DNA of 64,000 nucleotides from Parcubacteria group bacterium Greene0714_7 (GTDB lineage Bacteria; Patescibacteriota; Minisyncoccia; Phycocordibacterales; Phycocordibacteraceae): NCBI GenBank assembly GCA_007378985.1, contig VMHB01000001.1, positions 252 to 64,251 of the forward strand, read 5' to 3'. Shown piece by piece: positions 37,273 to 46,215 of this stretch (position 1 is its first letter; each line of letters starts with the position of its first letter). The notes under the pieces were generated by a model. It saw only the letters and a program-made list of their open reading frames with translations, ran no database searches and was not told where the DNA came from. The position numbers and the translations under genes were made by a program.

Positions 37273-39285
37273 TTAGACGCCTATTAAGACTGGAATTACC
37301 ATTGGGCGCTTTGATGTTTTCTGGAAGAGGTAGCGCTCTACCGTGTCAGTAAGATTTGCTTTTATGTATTCAAGATCAACGGGGTTCATTCCTGCCGCGA
37401 GGTCTTCAGTTGTTTTCTTTATAAGAAGACGTGTTTCAGAAAGGAGTCCCTGAGATTCCCTCAGGTACACGAATCCTCGAGAGATGATATCAGGCGATTT
37501 CTTGAGGGTTCCAGTGCGTAAATTTACCGTCGCAATAATGACGAACATTCCGTCCTGAGCGAGCGACTGGCGGTCTCGTATAACCACTTCCTGCATGTCA
37601 CCAATAGCAAAGCCGTCCACCATCATAGGATTTGAAGGAATTTTTTCCTTACGAACCGTCATTGTGGTGCCGTTTTCAATTTCTATAACGGTGCCGTTGT
37701 CAGGTAAAACAACATTTTCTTTAGGAAAGCCACTCGCAATCTGCGCATTGGCATGATATTTGAGCATTGAGAAGAATCCATAGGCTGGCATGAAGAATGC
37801 TGGATTTACTTGCTGGCGCATCCAAACAAGTTCGCCTGTATTTCCGTGCCCTGTTGAGTGAACATCTGAAGAGCGATAGTGAATCAGGTTTACGTTGTGA
37901 CGAAGAAGATTGTCTTTTAGTTTTTGCACGCGTACTTCATTGCCCGGAATAACTGATGAAGAAAGAATAATGGTATCGCGTTCAGTAAAGGCAATATTTT
38001 TGTGTTTTTTTGTAGCAATACGCATCAGGGCTGCGGTGTCCTCGCCTTGTGAGCCTGTAGCAATAATGACAATGCGATCTGCTGGATAGTCATTAATATC
38101 TTCAGCGCGAATCATGGTGCCCGGCTTTGGTGTAAAGATATTTGCACGCTGAGCGATTTCAATGTTTGTCTTGATAGACCTGCCTTCGGTGATGATTTTT
38201 TTGCCAAGATTCTCTGACACCTTAATGATGTGAATCATGCGCTCAAACTGGGACGAGAATGTTCCGATGATGAGGCGTCCCTTTACTGACTTAATGATGT
38301 CTTCGAGTGTCGTGTATACACGTGACTCAGGAATTGAAAATCCATCTCGCTCAGCGTTTGTAGAGTCAGCGATGAATATAAGATTTTTATCACGCCCGAG
38401 CGCACCCCAGTGTTTTTCTTCTTTCGGTGTTGGTATGCCGTCTTCATGCTCCAATCGTAAGTCCCCAGAAATCACGATGTTGCCGTGCTTGGTTTGGATT
38501 GAAAGACCCATGGCATCTGGAATGGAATGGGTAACAGGGAATGTTTTTACTATTACCGGCTCTCCTCCAGGCAAACTCACCGAAACACGTCCGCCCGGCT
38601 CGATGACTCGAACATCAATGTCGGCAATGTGTGGAAATTCTTCTTGCCTGCGCTTAATCATCAAGGACGTAAGGTACTGCGTATAGATTGGTGGATTACC
38701 AATACGGTCGATGATGTAGGGGATACCACCAATGTGGTCGAGGTGTCCGTGTGTTATGAAAATACCCAAGATGCGATCTTTGTTTTCTTCAAGGTAGCGA
38801 GTGTTTGGAAGTATGTAGTCGACACCAGGGGTTGCCTCTTCTGAAACGAATTGAAATCCAACATCTGAAATAATGATGCCTTGTGGCAATTCAAAAATCA
38901 TCATGTTGCGACCCACTTCTTCAACGCCACCAATTGGCATAATGCGAACTGTGTCTTCATTTAATGGAGGAAGTACCACGCGATCGACTGCGTTCATGTC
39001 GCGAACTGAAGGCTCTCTTGGTGGGGGAGTTGCGCGCATTGGGCGGTTATTTGAACGGGGTCTAGCGTGCCTTCGTGGTCCATTACCTGGAGCACCTTGA
39101 GGCCGCCGAGGTCCACGTGATGGTCCTTGTCTTGGTGAACTTGGAGCGCTTGGCCTGGCAGGTTGCCCCATCCCTCTTCCAGGGAGTGCATTAAATGGAC
39201 GCGCTCGGCCAGTACGAGTATTTTGAGTAGGGCGCGATGGTCTATCTCTTGATTGCGGGTTTGGACCTCTAGATGGAGTGTTCAT
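37273..39285 (-). CDS. rnj: Ribonuclease J (metallo-beta-lactamase/beta-CASP family) with a roughly 95-aa N-terminal Arg/Pro/Gly-rich extension
   Basis: ITHGHLDHIGG, a beta-CASP domain and an RNase J C-terminal domain. The start is uncertain. Confidence 0.9.
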   Translation of the reverse strand: MNTPSRGPNPQSRDRPSRPTQNTRTGRARPFNALPGRGMGQPARPSAPSSPRQGPSRGPRRPQGAPGNGPRRHARPRSNNRPMRATPPPREPSVRDMNAVDRVVLPPLNEDTVRIMPIGGVEEVGRNMMIFELPQGIIISDVGFQFVSEEATPGVDYILPNTRYLEENKDRILGIFITHGHLDHIGGIPYIIDRIGNPPIYTQYLTSLMIKRRQEEFPHIADIDVRVIEPGGRVSVSLPGGEPVIVKTFPVTHSIPDAMGLSIQTKHGNIVISGDLRLEHEDGIPTPKEEKHWGALGRDKNLIFIADSTNAERDGFSIPESRVYTTLEDIIKSVKGRLIIGTFSSQFERMIHIIKVSENLGKKIITEGRSIKTNIEIAQRANIFTPKPGTMIRAEDINDYPADRIVIIATGSQGEDTAALMRIATKKHKNIAFTERDTIILSSSVIPGNEVRVQKLKDNLLRHNVNLIHYRSSDVHSTGHGNTGELVWMRQQVNPAFFMPAYGFFSMLKYHANAQIASGFPKENVVLPDNGTVIEIENGTTMTVRKEKIPSNPMMVDGFAIGDMQEVVIRDRQSLAQDGMFVIIATVNLRTGTLKKSPDIISRGFVYLRESQGLLSETRLLIKKTTEDLAAGMNPVDLEYIKANLTDTVERYLFQKTSKRPMVIPVLIGV

Positions 39286-39363
39286 GTGTTTTAAGTGTGT
39301 TTAATTTTTTAAATAATTTTTTTGAAGATGGTTTTGTGTGTTTCTTTTTTTAATACGGTGATA

Positions 39364-41112
39364 TTATTTTCTGAAAATTGGCCAGATTCGTTCAGTTTTA
39401 AGATACCAACTGTCTGCAGTGTTAAATCGGTCACTCGGATTTGCAATGGTTCCAAGTGTCATACCTCCGAGATTTTTTGGTGTTACATACACGAAGTATG
39501 GTGTGTATAAGAAAACGGCAGCGGTGTCATTGGTTATGTCTTTAGCAATTGAGCGGGCTCTTTCTAGTCGAAGTGAAGGGTCAGCCAATGTACGTAGCGC
39601 AGTGAGCTTCTTATCTGCCTCAACATTAGCATAGAGTGCAATATTAAGGCCTGGGTCGTTACGCTGACTTGAGTGCCAGAAGGCAAAAAGATCCAAGTCT
39701 CGCCCCACAACTAGACCAAACAGTAGGGCATCGTATTTGCGTGGACGGATAACTCCGACATTCAAATCATTTTGATCAAAGAACTTCAATTCTACTTCAG
39801 CACCAATCTTTTTCCAGTCTTCCGCAACGAGCTCCGCTGTGCGCTTTAATTCCGGCACATTTGAGGTTGAAAGAGAGAAGGAAAGTCTTTGGACTTCTTT
39901 CTTTTTGCCACTTCCGACTGTTTTTGTAAAAATGCCATCTTCCCCAGCTTTCCAGCCAGCTTTTCCAAGAATTGCTTGCGCTTCTGCCACTCGAGCATCG
40001 GAAGATCGCTGATCTTTCACAATGTTCCCAATAGAATCAGGAGGGAGTGGCCCGTCGATGACGGAACCGTGACCTCGAAGCACTGTACTAACTAGAGCGT
40101 CTTTGTCAACTGCCCTGTTCAATGCCTTCCTAACTGCTGTCTCAGCGAAAATCTTATTTTGACTTTGATTGAAGAATACACTAAATACTCGCCCCAATAC
40201 CGCTTCGTTTATTGCGTGTGCACCAACAAGGTTGGTTGTAAGAATAGAATGAGCTCCATCAACTTCGCCTTTGTTGAGAGCATTTTTCAAGTCATCTCCG
40301 TTTGCATATATTTTGAAAATAAATTGTTGTATGTAGGGAATTCTTGTGCCTTCCGAAACGCCAGTAAAACGATATTCAGTTGGAATGCCAGAACTGTTGC
40401 GTTTTAGGTCGGTCACCTTGTATGGTCCCGACCCTATAGGATTCGCGTTTATTGTACTGAATGGAAATTCTTCTGGAGTTACATTTTTCCAGATATGTTT
40501 TGGCAAAATACCCAGTGTCATATTTTCCAAAAAGGGTGCGTAAGGGCTTTTAAGAGTAAATGAAATTGTTTTTGGATTAACAACTGTTATGCTCACACCC
40601 TCCCAATCTGCTCGACGTGGACTTTTAATGTTGGGATTTCCCGCTGCCTCTACAGTAAATGCAACGTCTTCGGCAGTCACGGGAGTTCCGTCATGGAAAC
40701 GAGCACGATCGTTCAATGTAAATGTATAGGTTAGTTGGTCATCGCTTATTGTGTATGACTCGGCTAGGTCAGGTGCAAGTGAGCCGTCCTGTTTTGCACG
40801 GAGTAAGCCTGAAAATACTAATACTGTGAGATCTCGGTCAGTATCAGAAATAGCTAGCAGTGGATTGATAAACCGAGGTGACTCAGCAAGTCCTTCTGTG
40901 TAGGTGCCACCTCGTGCGGGTACTTCAACGGCGAGTGCCAAAGAGATGGAGGCGAGCATTGATGCCGTACTGAAGGCCATAAGCACACCGAAAAACCCAA
41001 TAACCAACCAATCAGATGGCTTTAGAACAACTGATACTGCCTCAAGTTTCTGAAGCGAACGGGTCGTTCGATTTTTGAGAAATGCACGAAGAAATGCTCG
41101 TAGTGATGCCAT
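39364..41112 (-). CDS. ABC transporter substrate-binding protein, family 5 (OppA/DppA-like), membrane-anchored
   Basis: N-terminal transmembrane anchor and a family-5 solute-binding-protein fold. Confidence 0.8.
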   Translation of the reverse strand: MASLRAFLRAFLKNRTTRSLQKLEAVSVVLKPSDWLVIGFFGVLMAFSTASMLASISLALAVEVPARGGTYTEGLAESPRFINPLLAISDTDRDLTVLVFSGLLRAKQDGSLAPDLAESYTISDDQLTYTFTLNDRARFHDGTPVTAEDVAFTVEAAGNPNIKSPRRADWEGVSITVVNPKTISFTLKSPYAPFLENMTLGILPKHIWKNVTPEEFPFSTINANPIGSGPYKVTDLKRNSSGIPTEYRFTGVSEGTRIPYIQQFIFKIYANGDDLKNALNKGEVDGAHSILTTNLVGAHAINEAVLGRVFSVFFNQSQNKIFAETAVRKALNRAVDKDALVSTVLRGHGSVIDGPLPPDSIGNIVKDQRSSDARVAEAQAILGKAGWKAGEDGIFTKTVGSGKKKEVQRLSFSLSTSNVPELKRTAELVAEDWKKIGAEVELKFFDQNDLNVGVIRPRKYDALLFGLVVGRDLDLFAFWHSSQRNDPGLNIALYANVEADKKLTALRTLADPSLRLERARSIAKDITNDTAAVFLYTPYFVYVTPKNLGGMTLGTIANPSDRFNTADSWYLKTERIWPIFRK

Positions 41113-41164
41113 TTGTATGGAATGAGAACGAATCGCGTCTTAATTGACGGGCGATTTTGAATTA

Positions 41165-41395
41165 CTAAGCCGTAATCAGCGCAAGTAGTGCCGAGAGAGC
41201 AAATAACACCGCAAGAACGATTGAGCTTCGGAAAAGGAACAGCTCTGCTCCGCGTCTGGTGTAGAAACTTTCTTGTGTACTGTCGCCAAAGGCACCCCCC
41301 AAGCCTGCCCCACGCTGTTGGAGAAGGATTGCTCCTATAAGGAGAATTGAGAGAATGACTTGTGCTCCTGGAAGGAGACTGTGAATGAGAGCCAT
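41165..41395 (-). CDS. secG: Preprotein translocase subunit SecG
   Basis: ILLIGAILLQQRGAGLGGAFG. Confidence 0.75.
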   Translation of the reverse strand: MALIHSLLPGAQVILSILLIGAILLQQRGAGLGGAFGDSTQESFYTRRGAELFLFRSSIVLAVLFALSALLALITA

Positions 41396-41492
41396 AGTGC
41401 CTGTTCGCTAGGATACCACGGCCATTGAAAAAGAGGCAATACTCCTGTTGATGAGCCGTTAGAGGAATAGGTAGAGAGTGACCGTCATTTTA

Positions 41493-41521
41493 TTGACTGT
41501 ACAAAGGTGTTTCCTTATACT
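41493..41521 (+). promoter_or_regulatory. Sigma70-like promoter for groES-groEL (TTGACT, 17-nt spacer, TATACT)
   Basis: Read directly. Confidence 0.5.
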
Positions 41522-41531
41522 AACCAGACAT

Positions 41532-41549
41532 CATGGGTATATACCCATG
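41532..41549. promoter_or_regulatory. Perfect 18-bp palindrome CATGGGTATATACCCATG in the groES leader. Candidate operator; not CIRCE.
   Basis: Read directly. Lies between the -10 element and the groES start codon. Confidence 0.45.
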
Positions 41550-41578
41550 CCTTTAGTTCTAACGAATTGATATCAGAT

Positions 41579-41935
41579 ATGGCTAAAACGAAAAAGACTT
41601 CGTCTACAAAAACTAGTGTTCAGACGAACACGGGAGTATCTATTCGCCCTTTGAGTGACAGGGTAGTAATCAAACCACTTTCAGCCGAAGAGGCTGGATC
41701 GCGAACACTTTCGGGCATCATTATTCCCGACACAGCAAAGGAGAAGCCTGAACAGGGAAAGGTTGTTGCGGTAGGTCCTGGTAAATGGGATGAGGATGGT
41801 GAAAAACGAATTCCAGTATCAGTAAAAATTGGCGACAAAGTTATGTTCTCAAAGTATGGCTACAGTGAAGTAAAAGTGAACGGTGTTGAGTATTTTATTG
41901 TGAATGAATCAGATATCCTCGCAGTCCTTAATTAG
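41579..41935 (+). CDS. groES: Co-chaperonin GroES
   Basis: IRPLSDRVVIKP..GIIIPDTAKEKP..GKVVAVGPG. Confidence 0.9.
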   Translation: MAKTKKTSSTKTSVQTNTGVSIRPLSDRVVIKPLSAEEAGSRTLSGIIIPDTAKEKPEQGKVVAVGPGKWDEDGEKRIPVSVKIGDKVMFSKYGYSEVKVNGVEYFIVNESDILAVLN

Positions 41936-41991
41936 CCAATAGCTAGGGTATAGGGTTTAGATTTCCCTACACCTGATACCCTAAACCCTAA
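41932..41991. repeat. Telomere-like heptamer repeat element, family 1, copy R1 (TTAGCCAATAGCTAGGGTATAGGGTTTAG...ATACCCTAAACCCTAAT)
   Basis: Contains the groES TAG stop codon. Internal inverted symmetry. Confidence 0.7.
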
Positions 41992-42010
41992 TCACTAACA
42001 AAAACTAATC

Positions 42011-43651
42011 ATGGCAAAAAAAATTCTTTTTGAAGCAGATGCTCGAAACGCAGTCAAAACCGGTATCGACATTGTAGCGAGAGCGGTGAAAGTTACACTT
42101 GGGCCTCGAGGACGCAATGTCATTCTCGATAAAGGCTACGGCGGTCCACATATGACAAACGATGGTGTAACCATTGCGAAAGAAATCACCCTCAAAGACA
42201 AATTTCAAAACATGGGTGCAGAGCTCGTGAAAGAAGTTGCAAGTAAGACTAATGATATGGCAGGTGATGGCACCACCACTTCAGTTGTTTTGTTTCAGGC
42301 ACTTGTTGATGAAGGAATGAAACACACAGCGATGGGCTTGAATGCTATGGGTATTCGCACCGGTATGGAGCACGCTGCAGAGGCTGCGGTGAAAGCGCTC
42401 AAATCAATGGCAAAGCCAGTCGCAGGAGACAACAAAGTCATCAAGCAGGTGGCAACTATCTCAGCAGAGTCTGAAGATATTGGTAAAACGATTGGTGAAG
42501 TCATCAAAGAGGTTGGTCAAAATGGTGTGGTGACGGTAGAAGAATCGCAGTCGTTTGGTATTGAGAAAGAAGTTGTAGAAGGTATGGAGTTTGATCGCGG
42601 ATATGTGTCGCACTACATGATTACGAATCCTGAAAGAATGGAAGCGGAATATCGCGATGCACCAATTCTCGTCACTGATAAAAAAATTGCTTCAATTCAG
42701 GAAATCCTTCCAGTACTTGAGGCTATCGCAAAGACAGGCAAAAAAGAGTTGGTTATTATTGCAGACGATGTAGAAGGGGAAGCGCTCACAACATTTGTGG
42801 TGAACAAACTGCGTGGGGCATTTAGCGTGCTCGCAGTAAAAGCCCCAGGATATGGGGACAGAAAGAAAGACATGCTGGCAGATATTGCTTCAACAATTGG
42901 CGCTACTGTTGTTTCTGAAGAAACAGGTATGACTCTAGACAAGGTGGATATTTCCGTTCTCGGCCGTGCACAGAAAGTTATTGCAACAAAAGATTCCACA
43001 ATCATCGTTGGTGGAAAAGGAAAGAAATCTGCAATTGATGCGCGGGTCGCATCATTGAAAAAACAACTTGAAGCAATTACTTCGAAGTTCGATAAAGAGA
43101 AAATTGAAGAGCGTATTGCAAAGTTGTCAGGTGGCGTTGCGGTCATTCGCGTTGGTGCTGCGACAGAAACTGAAATGAAGTATTTGAAAGATAAGATTGA
43201 AGATGCGGTCAATGCCACGAAAGCAGCTATTGCTGAAGGTATTGTGCCTGGAGGTGGTACTGCACTCGTCAAAGCTGCCGCAAAAGCTGAAGCTGATGCA
43301 GACTGGGATGGTATGTCCAAGGAAGAGGAGATTGGTTTCCGCATTGTTCTTTCTGCGCTCTTGAAACCTTTGAAGCAAATTGCAATGAACGCAGGAAAAG
43401 AGAGTGGGGAAGTTATTGTTGAGGCAGTTAAGAAGGCAAAGGGATTTGCTGGATACGATGCCGTTAAAGATGAAATTGTTCCTGACATGATGATTGCAGG
43501 CATTATTGACCCGGTGAAAGTAACTCGAGGTGGACTTGAGCACGCAGTGTCAGCTGCTGCTATTCTTCTCACAACTGAAGTTGCTATCGCTGACGAACCT
43601 GAAGAAAAGAAAGAGATGGGTGGTGCCCCTGGAGGAGGGATGGATTATTGA
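42011..43651 (+). CDS. groEL: Chaperonin GroEL
   Basis: Full-length Hsp60 with AGDGTTT and a C-terminal GGM-type tail. Confidence 0.97.
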   Translation: MAKKILFEADARNAVKTGIDIVARAVKVTLGPRGRNVILDKGYGGPHMTNDGVTIAKEITLKDKFQNMGAELVKEVASKTNDMAGDGTTTSVVLFQALVDEGMKHTAMGLNAMGIRTGMEHAAEAAVKALKSMAKPVAGDNKVIKQVATISAESEDIGKTIGEVIKEVGQNGVVTVEESQSFGIEKEVVEGMEFDRGYVSHYMITNPERMEAEYRDAPILVTDKKIASIQEILPVLEAIAKTGKKELVIIADDVEGEALTTFVVNKLRGAFSVLAVKAPGYGDRKKDMLADIASTIGATVVSEETGMTLDKVDISVLGRAQKVIATKDSTIIVGGKGKKSAIDARVASLKKQLEAITSKFDKEKIEERIAKLSGGVAVIRVGAATETEMKYLKDKIEDAVNATKAAIAEGIVPGGGTALVKAAAKAEADADWDGMSKEEEIGFRIVLSALLKPLKQIAMNAGKESGEVIVEAVKKAKGFAGYDAVKDEIVPDMMIAGIIDPVKVTRGGLEHAVSAAAILLTTEVAIADEPEEKKEMGGAPGGGMDY

Positions 43652-43713
43652 GCAGGGGTTAGGGGATAGTGGTTAGCGTTTAGGCGACGCTTCGTCGGAT
43701 CCGAAGGGATCAT
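43652..43713. repeat. Family 1 repeat copy R2 (GGGGTTAGGGGATAGTGGTTAGCGTTTAGG + CGACGCTTCGTCGGATCCGAAGGGATCAT)
   Basis: Starts directly after the groEL stop codon. Confidence 0.65.
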
Positions 43714-43848
43714 AAGAAAATAATAGAAACACAAAATCCTCACGGAAGTGAGGATTTTGTGTTTCTAGGTCACGTATCTGCCCTTGACAAATCTAACTTT
43801 TGGGATTACTATCCTAGAATAAGTTTTTATATTTTATTTTGACAAAAT

Positions 43849-43974
43849 ATGGGTTCTGAAGCTGTTTCAAAAAAATGTGCACGTGCCGGATGTAATAATC
43901 CTGCCGCAGAAGGTGATTCGCTTTGTTTCGATTGTATAGCGAGAGTAATCAGCGGCCCTGACATTCGTTTTTAG
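43849..43974 (+). CDS. Small zinc-ribbon protein (41 aa, CxxC..CxxC)
   Basis: Translated by hand: MGSEAVSKKCARAGCNNPAAEGDSLCFDCIARVISGPDIRF. A hairpin followed by a T-run follows it. Confidence 0.3.
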   Translation: MGSEAVSKKCARAGCNNPAAEGDSLCFDCIARVISGPDIRF

Positions 43975-43984
43975 TCTTTTCAAC

Positions 43985-44030
43985 TCCGACACAGTACTTC
44001 GGTGCTGTGGGCTTTTTATTTTTTGTTATA
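43985..44030 (+). terminator. Hairpin followed by a T-run (rho-independent terminator)
   Basis: CACAGTACTTCGGTGCTGTGGGCTTTTTATTTTTT. Confidence 0.45.
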
Positions 44031-44240
44031 GTGTTCGAATTATGTCTGAAGCTTATTTTGATCCTTCAACGACACCTCTAGGTAAAGAAGAAGTCCGCGG
44101 ACTTGCACAGCTCAAGCGTGGATTCAAAAGAGGTGGGGCACTGAGAAATAGTGCAGCTACGGCAATTCGTGCATGGTGTTGGATGCGGGACAAAAAATAG
44201 TCTCAGCAAAATTTATTTAATCTGATACAATGTAAGGAAT

Positions 44241-44801
44241 ATGAATATTCTTTACATTGTTCTTGCTGTAGTCGCTGTCGTTCTTGCATGGCTTGTTGCC
44301 GCATATAACGGCTTTATTAGTTTGAGAAACCGAGCAAAAGAAGCGTGGTCTGACATTGAGGTACAGATGAAGCGTCGTTATGACCTCATTCCAAACCTTA
44401 TTGAAACGGTAAAAGGCTATGCAGCTCATGAAAAGCAGGCATTTGAAAATGTTTCGAATGCACGCGCTACTGCTATGGGTGCTTCATCTGTTGCTGATCA
44501 TGCACAGGCAGAAAACATGCTCACAGGAGCATTGAAGAGTATCTTTGCAATTGCAGAAGCGTACCCAGACTTGAAAGCAAACCAAAACTTTTTGGAATTG
44601 CAGCGCGAGCTCTCTGATACTGAAAATAAAGTAATGGCATCTCGTCGTTTCTACAACACAAATGTAATGAGCCTGAACACTGCTATCGAGCAGTTCCCAG
44701 GAAACCTTATTGCGGGCGCATTCAAGTTCACACAAATGGAACTCTTTGAACTCGCAGGTGACGAACAAGCTGCCAAGCAACCCGTTGCAGTCAAGTTCTA
44801 G
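44241..44801 (+). CDS. lemA: LemA family protein
   Basis: N-terminal transmembrane helix plus the conserved LemA core (RRYDLIPNLIETVKGYA..). Confidence 0.85.
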   Translation: MNILYIVLAVVAVVLAWLVAAYNGFISLRNRAKEAWSDIEVQMKRRYDLIPNLIETVKGYAAHEKQAFENVSNARATAMGASSVADHAQAENMLTGALKSIFAIAEAYPDLKANQNFLELQRELSDTENKVMASRRFYNTNVMSLNTAIEQFPGNLIAGAFKFTQMELFELAGDEQAAKQPVAVKF

Positions 44802-44814
44802 TTGCTTTTGTTTT

Positions 44815-44865
44815 TCCCTAAACGCTAAATGATCCCTGCGGATCCGACGAAGCGTCGCCTAGCCC
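44815..44865. repeat. Family 1 repeat copy R3. An inverted copy of R2.
   Basis: CCCTAAACGCTAAATGATCCCTGCGGATCCGACGAAGCGTCGCCTAGCC is the reverse complement of the R2 core with one mismatch. Confidence 0.7.
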
Positions 44866-44875
44866 CTTCTTCAAG

Positions 44876-45763
44876 ATGTCCACTCTCTATCAAGATCAAT
44901 CATCAAACATCCGAAAAACTTGGCTTCTCATGGGAGTGTTTCTCATTGTGGTCATTGGCATTGGGTGGGGGATTTCTTGGTACTACAACTCCTCGGTGAT
45001 TCTCTATATTGCGGTTGCCTTTGCGCTGGTGATGAATGTGGGGAGCTACTGGTTTTCTGACAAGATTGTTCTCTCAATGACACACGCTCGGCCTGCGACA
45101 CGTGAAGAGTTTTTTGACTTTTATACTGTTGCTGAAAATCTTGCTATCACTGCAGGGCTTCTACTTCCGAAACTCTATGTAATTAATGACCCTGCACCAA
45201 ATGCATTTGCAACAGGTAGAAATGAAAAGCACGCGGTGGTATGTGCAACGACAGGGCTTTTGGCGATGCTGACTCGGACTGAACTTGAAGGAGTGATAGC
45301 TCACGAAATGAGTCACATTAAAAATCGTGACATGCTCGTTATGACGGTAGCGGTTGTTCTTGCCGGCTTTATCGCCATTATTGCGGACATGTTTATCCGC
45401 ATGTCTTTTTTCGGGGGAGGGAATCGTGATAACGACAGCAAAGCAGGAGTCATTATGCTTGTTTTAGGTATTGTTGCTGCAATCCTTGCTCCTATCGCAG
45501 CGCAACTCATCAAGATGGCAGTTTCTCGCAAGCGTGAATTTTTAGCGGATGCATCAGGGGCACTTCTCACTCGTTATCCCGAAGGCTTGGCATCAGCACT
45601 TCAAAAAATTAGCTCATACGGCGCTCCAATGCGAAACGCAAACACAGCAACAGCACATCTTTTTATATCAAATCCTTTTGGCGGTGGCGCAATGAAAGGT
45701 GTTGCAAAACTGTTCATGACACATCCTCCAGTGGAGGAGCGCATCAAAGCACTTCTCGACTAG
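44876..45763 (+). CDS. htpX: Zinc metalloprotease HtpX (M48 family)
   Basis: HEMSHIKNRD (HExxH) and four transmembrane helices. The adjacent lemA is a common partner. Confidence 0.9.
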   Translation: MSTLYQDQSSNIRKTWLLMGVFLIVVIGIGWGISWYYNSSVILYIAVAFALVMNVGSYWFSDKIVLSMTHARPATREEFFDFYTVAENLAITAGLLLPKLYVINDPAPNAFATGRNEKHAVVCATTGLLAMLTRTELEGVIAHEMSHIKNRDMLVMTVAVVLAGFIAIIADMFIRMSFFGGGNRDNDSKAGVIMLVLGIVAAILAPIAAQLIKMAVSRKREFLADASGALLTRYPEGLASALQKISSYGAPMRNANTATAHLFISNPFGGGAMKGVAKLFMTHPPVEERIKALLD

Positions 45764-45771
45764 AGACGGTT

Positions 45772-45918
45772 TTAAAATTTGATTACGTGTTTAATAAGCT
45801 CTAGCCCCGCTCCCGCCACAGCGTGAGCACCTACATCAGACCCGAAGTGTTTTATGACCTCCAGTGCACCAGCAACCCCGACACCTGTCCCTACTATTTT
45901 TGCTTTTTCAAATGCCAT
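45772..45918 (-). CDS. Small Gly/Ala-rich peptide (48 aa), paralog 1
   Basis: MAFEKAKIVGTGVGVAGALEVIKHFGSDVGAHAVAGAGLELIKHVIKF. Has a conserved leader motif (see finding 14). Confidence 0.35.
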   Translation of the reverse strand: MAFEKAKIVGTGVGVAGALEVIKHFGSDVGAHAVAGAGLELIKHVIKF

Positions 45919-46034
45919 ACGGGTGAAAGATGAGGGTTGATAAAAATCGACCTTTCACCTATAAAACTCAGGTTTCTACCTGAAGGTTGCAAAAGGATAT
46001 ATTGATGTTGAAATAAAAAATTCCCCTAGGTGGG

Positions 46035-46081
46035 GAGTGCAATTGCACTCATAACAAGCGAATATATTCGCTTGTTATGAG
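46035..46081. repeat. Two adjacent perfect palindromes (GAGTGCAATTGCACTC and CTCATAACAAGCGAATATATTCGCTTGTTATGAG)
   Basis: Read directly. Confidence 0.7.
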
Positions 46082-46092
46082 TAGCCTAAAAC

Positions 46093-46215
46093 TCAGGCTG
46101 TAGTAGTACCGCCCTGCTTAAAGAGCTCGGCAAAAAGTCCGACTGCTCCGCGACCAGCTTTACGCTCGCCACCAACACGAACTCCTACTGATGCGTCTTT
46201 TCCTTCGTATGCCAT
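46093..46215 (-). CDS. Small Gly-rich peptide (40 aa), paralog 2
   Basis: MAYEGKDASVGVRVGGERKAGRGAVGLFAELFKQGGTTTA. Shares a leader motif with 45772-45918. Confidence 0.35.
   Translation of the reverse strand: MAYEGKDASVGVRVGGERKAGRGAVGLFAELFKQGGTTTA

Noticed and set aside
41461-41530. CIRCE heat-shock operator upstream of groES
   Set aside because: No match to TTAGCACTC-N9-GAGTGCTAA. An unrelated perfect palindrome is present instead, and is reported separately.
42697-43572. 291-aa Ala/Ser-rich minus-strand ORF inside groEL
   Set aside because: Antisense shadow ORF of the highly supported groEL.
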